Below, in pieces: positions 20,105 to 27,216 of a stretch of DNA of 64,000 nt; position 1 is the first letter of the stretch; every line of letters begins with the position of its first letter. The stretch lies in assembly GCA_035604385.1 (NCBI GenBank), contig DATNIO010000197.1, positions 2,565-66,564 of the forward strand, read 5' to 3'. The notes below the pieces were generated by a model. That model did not search any database, was not told the DNA's origin, and saw only the letters and a program-made list of their open reading frames with translations. A program made the position numbers and the translations under genes. The stretch is from Verrucomicrobiia bacterium. GTDB taxonomy: Bacteria; Acidobacteriota; Terriglobia; Acidiferrales; UBA7541.

Positions 20105-20650
20105 ATGCGTGCGCTCAGAATATTTTGCGTAGCAGCTGCGGTGCTATTTGGTGTCGTCATCGTGGACAGGGCCCAGCAACGTGAAACGTCGGACGCGGAG
20201 TACACGGCTCAGGCGCTCTCCGCGGGTCCGAAGGGAGTCACCGATGGAGCGGCTATCGTTCGCGTAGGGAAAGATGGAAGCATGCGTACGCTTCGCGCCG
20301 GAAAGAATGGGTTCACCTGCCTGGTCATGGGCACGGACCGGATGTGCAACGACGCGAACAGCATGGAATTCATTCACGCAATGATGAATCACACGCCGCC
20401 GCCGAATAAAGTGGGACTCTCCTACATGCTGGTGGGTGATAAGGGCGCGAGCAACACAGACCCCGCTGCCACGGGCAAGACTGCCACGAACCATTGGGTG
20501 GTGACGGGCCCTCACATCATGCTTTTCGGTCCAGCGGCGAAAACGCTCGGCTACTCGGAGGCCCCCGACGCCGATCCCAGCAAACCGTACATGATGTGGG
20601 CCGGCACTCCGTACGAGCACGCGATGATTCCTGTCGCCGCTCAAAAATAA
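20105..20650 (+). CDS. hypothetical secreted protein
   Basis: ATG 20105 preceded by GGAGG. Signal peptide MRALRIFCVAAAVLFGVVIV. No domain recognised. Confidence 0.6.
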   Translation: MRALRIFCVAAAVLFGVVIVDRAQQRETSDAEYTAQALSAGPKGVTDGAAIVRVGKDGSMRTLRAGKNGFTCLVMGTDRMCNDANSMEFIHAMMNHTPPPNKVGLSYMLVGDKGASNTDPAATGKTATNHWVVTGPHIMLFGPAAKTLGYSEAPDADPSKPYMMWAGTPYEHAMIPVAAQK

Positions 20651-20659
20651 TAATGGCGC

Positions 20660-20727
20660 GGGCGGGTGGCCCACCCTTGTTTTGAATTTGGGGTGGCCCA
20701 TCCTTGACGATTTCCAAGGGTGGAGCT
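20660..20727. repeat. dispersed intergenic repeat (same superfamily as 17504-17565)
   Basis: 'ggcgggtggcccacccttgttttgaatttggggtggcccatccttgacgatttccaagggtggagc'. Confidence 0.8.
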
Positions 20728-20804
20728 TTCGGCCTTTTTTTTCTTGTGCGCTGGATTTTCTCAATCCATTGCGCGCATCTTACGAAATCGACGCACGTCA
20801 AAAT

Positions 20805-20877
20805 CCCCACCCTTCAAGAGGCGGAAGGGTGGGGCACCCAAACTTCAAAGCCTTCGACAACGTCAGGGCCGCCCGCC
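20805..20877. repeat. dispersed intergenic repeat, CACCCAAACTTCAAA orientation
   Basis: 'ccccacccttcaagaggcggaagggtggggcacccaaacttcaaagccttcgacaacgtcagggccgcccgcc'. The core recurs at 24831-24878, 25987-26035 and 27047-27100. Confidence 0.85.
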
Positions 20878-20879
20878 AT

Positions 20880-21050
20880 TCATTTTGTTCCTTTCTTTTC
20901 CACGGCCTCAGCAGCCAAGATCTTCCGATCTGGATGCGACTCGAAGCGCAGCCCGCCCGAATTCAACACGCAACGCTCCCCCGCAGCAGCGCCACACGTA
21001 GGACATCGGATGGAAGTCTGTTGCTTTCGTGTTAGTTCTTTTTTTTTCAT
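20880..21050 (-). CDS. small hypothetical protein with Cys-x2-Cys...Cys...His Zn-ribbon-like motif
   Basis: 56-aa ORF from ATG 21050 with a GGAGA RBS: MKKKELTRKQQTSIRCPTCGAAAGERCVLNSGGLRFESHPDRK... Lies directly downstream of the Crp/Fnr gene on the same strand. Confidence 0.4.
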   Translation of the reverse strand: MKKKELTRKQQTSIRCPTCGAAAGERCVLNSGGLRFESHPDRKILAAEAVEKKGTK

Positions 21051-21126
21051 TTCCTGTCTCCGTCGGTCCAGGGCGGCGCGGTTCGGCAGTGGTCCAGTGC
21101 CGAAAGCGGGAGCCATCTGACCTGGT

Positions 21127-21798
21127 CTATGTTTTCTTGACGGACATGGGGCGATTTTGCAGGAACGCGACGATCAGTGCTCTATTTATTTGCAACCCGC
21201 CGTTGTAGCTAACCATGCCCTTCTTCTTAAAATTGTTCATAAATTTACTTACTCGAGGGCGGGTGGTACCAACCATCTCCGCCAGGGTTGATTGGCTGAC
21301 TTTCAGGGGGGAGTCCGACTTCGATTCCTTGGTTATTTCCCCGAACAACAACAGAACCCGCGCCAGTCGCCTTTCGCTGAAATTGAAGAATTGGTCAATC
21401 AGATCTTCCTCGATCCGAACAACCCGTGAAAGCAAATATTCGACGAACAGCCTCGCAAACTGCGAGTTTCTCCTGAGCGTGCGAACCGTCCTCCCCTTTT
21501 GCAGTCGAATGACACTGGATGATCCAATTGATCTCGCCGTGCAAATCCGTAGAGATTGCCCTGCTAGACAGCCTTCGCCAAGAAAGCTACCTCGCTGTAG
21601 GATGGCGATTATTGCTTTCTTGCGCGCACTGACCGCCGTGAGCTTCACCGTCCCCCTCTCGATGTAGAAAACAGAATCAGCAGGATCTCCTTGCGAAAAG
21701 ACGACCTCCTTGTCCCGGTAGTTCCGAAAAGTCATGGCAGTACGGAATTGTTTGCGGAGAACCGCATGACTGACACCAAGACTGCGTTTACTCGCCAT
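21127..21798 (-). CDS. Crp/Fnr family transcriptional regulator
   Basis: cNMP-binding beta-barrel (VVFSQGDPADSVFYIERGTVKL, FLGEGCL) and C-terminal HTH (STLAEMVGTTRPRVSKFMNNFKKKG). Low GC. Confidence 0.85.
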   Translation of the reverse strand: MASKRSLGVSHAVLRKQFRTAMTFRNYRDKEVVFSQGDPADSVFYIERGTVKLTAVSARKKAIIAILQRGSFLGEGCLAGQSLRICTARSIGSSSVIRLQKGRTVRTLRRNSQFARLFVEYLLSRVVRIEEDLIDQFFNFSERRLARVLLLFGEITKESKSDSPLKVSQSTLAEMVGTTRPRVSKFMNNFKKKGMVSYNGGLQINRALIVAFLQNRPMSVKKT

Positions 21799-21964
21799 TC
21801 TGGTCTGCTCCTTAAATCAACTCAGGAAATTGGTTGAGCGGTGCCCAATCGTAGACTCATAGGACCAAACCGTCTAGATGGTCAAAGTTGACCACATACA
21901 ACGTGTACAAAATTGAACATCCAGAAGTGAGCCATTTTGGGTGGTAGAACGACGAGAGTAATGA

Positions 21965-22020
21965 GGCGGGTGGCCCAGCCTTTGGTTTCTTCCCGGCCGC
22001 ACTTTACTGGTAGAATATCG
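21965..22020. repeat. dispersed repeat unit carrying a TAGAAT box immediately upstream of hicB
   Basis: 'ggcgggtggcccagcctttggtttcttcccggccgcactttactggtagaatatcg'. A related copy lies at 26921-26990. TAGAAT is at 22011-22016 and the hicB ATG at 22023. Confidence 0.7.
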
Positions 22021-22022
22021 CT

Positions 22023-22235
22023 ATGGTCTTCCATGTGAAGCTCGACAAGGCGGAAGATGGCTGGTTTGTAGTCGAATGCCCTGCCTTGCCCGGATGTGTG
22101 TCGCAAGGGAAGGACGAACAAGAAGCTCTCGCCAACATCAAGGAAGCGATCGCCGCGTGGCTCTGGGCGGAAGATCAGAAGGCCACATCTAGCGACCCGA
22201 ACCGGAAGCCACCCGAAATTCTCGTCTCGGTCTAG
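22023..22235 (+). CDS. hicB: HicB family antitoxin (UPF0150)
   Basis: 70 aa. DGWFVVECPALPGCVSQGKDEQEALANIKEAIAAWL is the classic HicB N-terminal fold signature. Confidence 0.8.
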   Translation: MVFHVKLDKAEDGWFVVECPALPGCVSQGKDEQEALANIKEAIAAWLWAEDQKATSSDPNRKPPEILVSV

Positions 22236-22239
22236 CCAG

Positions 22240-22461
22240 GTGGCGCGGCTTGCCAATATTTCCGGCAAGGAAGCGTCGAAAGCCTTCCAGAAGGCCGGAT
22301 GGCAGACAATCGGTCAGGTAGGCAGCCATCTCGTAATGTCGAAACCCGGACTTCGCGTCAACCTCTCCGTTCCCCAACACAAAGAGTTATCGGTGGGCAC
22401 TCTCCGCGCCCTCATCCGCAATGCAGGGATGACGGTTGAAGAATTTCTGGCGCTGCTTTAG
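22240..22461 (+). CDS. hicA: HicA family mRNA interferase toxin
   Basis: GTG 22240, 4 nt after the hicB stop. SGKEASKAFQKAGWQTIGQVGSHLVMSKPG...SVPQHKELSVGTLRALIRNAGMTVEEF matches the HicA (YcfA) pattern. Confidence 0.8.
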   Translation: MARLANISGKEASKAFQKAGWQTIGQVGSHLVMSKPGLRVNLSVPQHKELSVGTLRALIRNAGMTVEEFLALL

Positions 22462-22573
22462 GCCGCAGATGCGGGCCTTTGAGCGGTTCTAACCCTACGC
22501 GCAGGGGGGAATCGTGAGCCCCTAATCCGCGCGAATGGTCAGTGATCTTGCGCTTTTCGATTTATAATTCCGC

Positions 22574-23209
22574 ATGGCTTTTCGACCATTGCGGCGGTTG
22601 GGTTGTTTCGGCGCCATCGTGTTCGCATTCGTGGTTCTCCTTCTTGTGACCGCTGTTCTGGCTCCCTGGGCCTATCATATCGGCGGACGGTGGACTCCGG
22701 CGTCGTGGTGGGGATTCGGAATGCTGCGAACCGAATCCGGTGACGCGTACCCGTTGTTTATCTATTTTTATCCGAACTTCAGAGGCATGTCGCGTCTGCG
22801 ATTGAATGGGCAGCGCCCCACCAACGCATTGCGCGGTACAGGTTGGCTGTGTTCGGCGCAGGGGGTGACGCAGCGCCTGGACCTCAGCGGCGACATTTAT
22901 GGCACGTACCTGAACACCGACGGAAACCAGATGGGCATTCGGCTGCTGGATGCCAGACACTATTTTCGGATCAATCCGCAAAGCGGGCGCTACTTCGATC
23001 TCTACGGCAGATGGCACGGGCCGGAACTCGTGATGGAGGATACTGGCGGCTGGGAAAGAAGCTTTCATCCCAACCTGCACAATTCAAAAGAGGGGCCGAA
23101 AGAACAGGCGAAGGTGACTTTTACCTGGGGCAGCTACTCGGACTTCAAGAAATTGTGCGACGCCACCGCGATTCCGGAAAAGGCGCGAATCCCGCCGCCC
23201 CGCGACTGA
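22574..23209 (+). CDS. hypothetical membrane-anchored protein
   Basis: 211-aa ORF with an N-terminal TM helix (GAIVFAFVVLLLVTAVLAPWA) and an aromatic-rich ectodomain. No motif recognised. Confidence 0.55.
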   Translation: MAFRPLRRLGCFGAIVFAFVVLLLVTAVLAPWAYHIGGRWTPASWWGFGMLRTESGDAYPLFIYFYPNFRGMSRLRLNGQRPTNALRGTGWLCSAQGVTQRLDLSGDIYGTYLNTDGNQMGIRLLDARHYFRINPQSGRYFDLYGRWHGPELVMEDTGGWERSFHPNLHNSKEGPKEQAKVTFTWGSYSDFKKLCDATAIPEKARIPPPRD

Positions 23210-23248
23210 CGCAATTCGAGATCGCCGGGACGGTTGGCCCGGTCTTTG

Positions 23249-23905
23249 CTATTTCTGCGGCGCGGGTGAAGGAGGCTGCTTTTGAACCTTGAGGCGTCGC
23301 GCGGCATCGCCCAGTGATTCGGGTTGAGGATCTACTACGTGGATTGAATACTGAGAAGCGGACGCGGGTGTCGAGGTCGCTGACACCGGTGTGGCCGTAA
23401 CCTGTTGTTGCGAAGCGGCCGCGGGAGCCGGCGTGATTGGCGCCGGAGTCTCGATCTTCCCGTTTGCTTTCCAATCGGCCAAAATTGCCGCGCAGGAATC
23501 GTTGGTAGAGTGCGAAACCACCCGAGATGTGTTGGACGTCAAAATGTCGCCACGACGGTTTGTCACCGTCACCTGATTGTTCTTGAAAATCAGTGCGTGG
23601 GATGCCTCGCGGTTCAGTCCCACCGTATAGTCCGAGCCCGTCACGTTTAGAGTGACGATCGCGCCCGGACACTGTTTTGAAAAGTCCTTTGCCAACTCCA
23701 TCGCCTGATTGTGAGCGGCCTCGGTCAAAGGGGACGACCCAGCAACCCAGTTACTCCCCCCGGCCGCACTTGCATCCATTCGGACATCCGTGTTTCCAGT
23801 TCCGTTGATATAGACTCGCGGCTTCTCTTGCTGGGCGAACGCTGCCAGCCCAATTGTCAATGCTCCGGCCAAAAGCAGTCTCTTGACTCTCACGATGCGG
23901 TTCAC
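23249..23905 (-). CDS. hypothetical secreted protein
   Basis: Signal peptide (LLLAGALTIGLAAFAQQ) and a Thr/Pro/Ala-rich C-terminal linker. No motif recognised. Confidence 0.55.
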   Translation of the reverse strand: MNRIVRVKRLLLAGALTIGLAAFAQQEKPRVYINGTGNTDVRMDASAAGGSNWVAGSSPLTEAAHNQAMELAKDFSKQCPGAIVTLNVTGSDYTVGLNREASHALIFKNNQVTVTNRRGDILTSNTSRVVSHSTNDSCAAILADWKANGKIETPAPITPAPAAASQQQVTATPVSATSTPASASQYSIHVVDPQPESLGDAARRLKVQKQPPSPAPQK

Positions 23906-24104
23906 TGACGTGCCCTCCTAAGCCCAATTCTGAGGGAGGGCACAAGATAACGTGAATGGTACTGTGTCGTGTCTCAAACCCCGAGGGCGGCGGGAGATCA
24001 GCCTTTGACCGGTATTGAATTTTCGGGTGGCGCGCCCTTGCGAGGACTAACCCCCACAGGCTGGAAGCCTGCGCCACTTAAGCGCAATCGCGAATCTGTG
24101 GAGG

Positions 24105-24617
24105 TCAGATCTGAGCCGCTACCGAGGCGGCCAGGTCTTGCACTTGTTTGTCCCGTACCGCATCCGAAGCGCTTGAACCGACGTCAATGAAATAGCGGAC
24201 GCTCCCTTTGAGGACGTGTATCGCATGGGACTTGTCAATATATGCGGAATCACCGATGCCTGTGGGCTTAGAGATTGCCGGGTACCACGCCGACAATTTT
24301 TCGAAGGTCTGCCTGGCTTCCGCCGGCGAATGATCGACGTAAACGATAAAAGTCACACCTTGAGAACTGTACTTCTGCCCGGTGTACTGGCAGTTCGTGC
24401 CGGAATTAAGGCCCATGTATGGCGGCGGCGCGGTAGCTTTTTGAGCGGCGCCGAAGGGCTGTCCCAGCGTTTTCTGCAACTGCTGCGGCGCCAGCAACGA
24501 GCAAATGTCGGAAGGCAGATCCTTCGCCCCGGCAGGATTCGGATGGAATGCGAGCAGGAAGAATGCAAGGGCCGGCGCAATTGGTAAATCGCGAAACAGG
24601 AATCGAAGGAGTCGCAC
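24105..24617 (-). CDS. hypothetical secreted protein
   Basis: GTG 24617 with a GGGAGG RBS. Signal peptide. The mature part (DICSLL...GIGDSAY...HVLKGSVRYFIDV) resembles the C-terminal domain of the 55284-56195 product. Confidence 0.55.
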   Translation of the reverse strand: MRLLRFLFRDLPIAPALAFFLLAFHPNPAGAKDLPSDICSLLAPQQLQKTLGQPFGAAQKATAPPPYMGLNSGTNCQYTGQKYSSQGVTFIVYVDHSPAEARQTFEKLSAWYPAISKPTGIGDSAYIDKSHAIHVLKGSVRYFIDVGSSASDAVRDKQVQDLAASVAAQI

Positions 24618-24893
24618 GTGAGCCTCCCTAAATCGGAATTTCCGTCTTGACTTCCCGGCCGGCCAATAATCTATAGCTGATTCCTTAAGTCCGCAACGCT
24701 TCAGGGAGGGTGGCCCAGCCTTTGAGTGATTGTGGATTTTTGGCCTTCACAAGAATCGAGAAGAATGCGGCACCCAATTTCAGTTCGCCCAAATGAGGAT
24801 AACTCTGAAAAAGCCCCACGCCCCCGACAGCGAAGGACGGAGCACCCAAACTTCAAAACCTTCGGCAACGTCCGCGCGAATCGCTTTAGGGCG

Positions 24894-25322
24894 TTATTTG
24901 GGCGGAAGGCGCACAATTTCCACCGAGCAATGGGCGTGACGCAGGACCGCCTCAGACACACTTCCGACCAGGAATCGATCCAGTCCTTTTCGTCCGTGAG
25001 AGCCAAGGATAATCAAATCGGCGCCCCGCGTTTTGGCATCGTCGAGAATGATGGACTTTGGGTCGCCCTGCACGATGGCTGTCGTCACGTTGACGCCGGC
25101 AGAACGCAATGCGCCTGCGGCCTTGGCAGCGAGCGCTTTCGCCTCCTCTACCGACTCCATTGGGGGAACGTATGCAGTAATTTCGGGAGCCATCAATGAC
25201 GCCGGAGGTTCTACCGCGTGAAGCACTCGCACTTCCAGGCCTTGCAGCTTGCGATGAGCGATCACCGCGTGTACGGCTGCCTCGGAGAATTTAGAATCGT
25301 CGATCGCCAGAAGAATTTTCAT
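24894..25322 (-). CDS. universal stress protein (UspA family)
   Basis: MKILLAIDDSKFSEAAVHAV... and C-terminal ILGSHGRKGLDRFLVGSVSEAVLRHAHCSVEIV (the G-x2-G-x9-G(S/T) ATP-binding type). Confidence 0.85.
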   Translation of the reverse strand: MKILLAIDDSKFSEAAVHAVIAHRKLQGLEVRVLHAVEPPASLMAPEITAYVPPMESVEEAKALAAKAAGALRSAGVNVTTAIVQGDPKSIILDDAKTRGADLIILGSHGRKGLDRFLVGSVSEAVLRHAHCSVEIVRLPPK

Positions 25323-25454
25323 TAGGAGATCCTTTCCGATCGTCCTGGCCTGAATGACAAAGACTTTCACTTCCGCTGGCCAAGGAGCTGGGCTCCGAAC
25401 AGTTTATTTCACCCCGGGACAAACATGGTTAGTCCGCGCGAAAGCGCGAAATCT

Positions 25455-25877
25455 TCAGGTCTCCGGTATGCGCACGATCTCGACCGAACATGAGGCATGG
25501 CGCGAGACGTTTTCCGCGACACTTCCCATCAGAAATCGCTCGACCCCTTTCCGTCCATGCGATCCCATTACGATTAGGTCGGCCTTCCACCGTGTGGCTT
25601 GGTCGATGATCTTGGACTTCGGATCTCCCTCCTCGACCGCTGTCTGCGTTTTGTACCCCGCCTTGCCCAACAAGCGTTCGGCCTGCTGCACAAGTTCCTG
25701 GCCCTGTTTCAAACTTACTTCGCGGAATCCCGCAGCATCGGATGTTGGAATGGGCAAGGGCAAATCGACCACATTCAGCACTTTGACTTCCGTTCCCTGT
25801 GGTTGATATTGCGCGATTACGGCCTGCGTGGCCGCCTCGGAGAATCTAGATCCATCAATGGCAAGCATAATTCTCAT
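25455..25877 (-). CDS. universal stress protein (UspA family)
   Basis: MRIMLAIDGSRFSEAATQAV...VMGSHGRKGVERFLMGSVAENVSRHASCSVEIV. Paralog of the preceding gene. Confidence 0.85.
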   Translation of the reverse strand: MRIMLAIDGSRFSEAATQAVIAQYQPQGTEVKVLNVVDLPLPIPTSDAAGFREVSLKQGQELVQQAERLLGKAGYKTQTAVEEGDPKSKIIDQATRWKADLIVMGSHGRKGVERFLMGSVAENVSRHASCSVEIVRIPET

Positions 25878-26096
25878 TTTTCTTCTCCTCTACGAAAAAA
25901 TCTAATCCACCCAATGCGCTTTCTCTGTGATGCAGGTCACGCATTCATGTATTTCGACAGTTGATTCCGTAACTGCGGTGACTCTTGGGGGACACCCAAA
26001 CTTCAAACGCTTCCGCAACGTTCCGGCCACCCGCCTGAATCCGGTATTTGACGCGCATGACCAATATGAGTAATTTCTTGAATTGGGAGTCTTCAG

Positions 26097-26918
26097 ATGC
26101 CTTTGCTCAACCCTCGTTCCTATTTGTTCGTTCCAGGTAATCGGCCCGATCGTTTTGCGAAGGCGTGCGCGGCCGGAGCCGACGCGGTGATTCTCGATCT
26201 GGAGGATTCCGCCGCCGCCGCGGACAAATTGAAAGCCCGCGCGGCAGTGGCGGCGTGGCTCACGGCCGCGCAGCCCGTGCTAGTACGCGTCAACACTTCG
26301 GACAGCGAATGGTTTCGTGACGACTTGAGCCTGGGCCGGAAGCCAGGTATTGCAGGTGTCTTGTTGCCCAAGGCTGAACGGGTCGAAGAAATTCGCCTCG
26401 TTGCGGAGCATTTTGGCGCCGACGTGCCTATCTTGCCGCAAATTGAAACGGCACAAGGGTTCCGCAACGCTTTGGCATTGGCTAGCGCCAAACAGGTGCA
26501 GCGTCTTCTGTTCGGCTCAATCGATTTCCAACTGGATCTCGGAATGGCGGCTGAGGAAGAGGAGCTATTGTATTTCCGTTCGCAGATCGTTCTCGATTCG
26601 CGTCTTGCAGGCATTCAGCGACCGGTGGATGGCGTCACCACGGACATAAATTCAATGGAGCGGGTACGCGCCGACACCTTGCGCGCCAGGCGCTTGGGCT
26701 TTGGCGGAAAGATGTGCATTCATCCCAAACAAGTGCCGGTCGTCAATGAGGGCTTTACTCCCAGTGTGGAAGAAGAAGCGTGGGCGAGGAGAGTTGTGGA
26801 AGCGTCCTTGGAGTCTCGGGGCGCGGCGACCTCGGTAGATGGGAAGATGGTGGATCGTCCAGTGCTCGCTCGGGCAGAGGTCATCCTCGCGATTGTGGAG
26901 CAACTGCGCCAACGCTAA
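26097..26918 (+). CDS. HpcH/HpaI aldolase / citrate lyase beta subunit (CitE)-like CoA-ester lyase
   Basis: RSYLFVPGNRPDRFAKACAAGADAVILDLEDS... plus the QIETAQG and CIHPKQV motifs typical of the CitE/malyl-CoA lyase family. Confidence 0.8.
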   Translation: MPLLNPRSYLFVPGNRPDRFAKACAAGADAVILDLEDSAAAADKLKARAAVAAWLTAAQPVLVRVNTSDSEWFRDDLSLGRKPGIAGVLLPKAERVEEIRLVAEHFGADVPILPQIETAQGFRNALALASAKQVQRLLFGSIDFQLDLGMAAEEEELLYFRSQIVLDSRLAGIQRPVDGVTTDINSMERVRADTLRARRLGFGGKMCIHPKQVPVVNEGFTPSVEEEAWARRVVEASLESRGAATSVDGKMVDRPVLARAEVILAIVEQLRQR

Positions 26919-27216
26919 CCGTAGGCTGACGGCCGAATCTTTAGTTTCTTCCCGGCGGAACTTCACTGTTGGATGACAATATTGCAAACGTAAAACCGGG
27001 AACCCGCTCACGCCGTTCACGGAGAACATTCTCGGTGAACCATTGCGAGGACAGGACACTCAAACTTCAAAAGCTTGCGCAACGTCCGGACCTCCCGCCC
27101 AGAAAAAAATTGGTTTCCGGTGACGATCTCTGACCCGATTCACACTTACTTTAAGCTCTCGGCCGAGTAACATGCCTGTAACATCGCCGTTGTAGGTTTG
27201 GCGGCACAGAGGACAT

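Noticed and set aside
20682-21120. Three overlapping plus-strand ORFs (93-138 aa)
   Set aside because: They are built from dispersed repeat copies (20660-20877) and the antisense of the small Zn-ribbon ORF. They are mutually overlapping frames with a low-complexity Pro/Ser/Arg composition.
15487-25000. Prophage, integrative element or transposon explanation for the accessory region
   Set aside because: No integrase, recombinase, transposase, phage structural gene or flanking tRNA could be recognised in any frame. The region is therefore described only as a compositional island.
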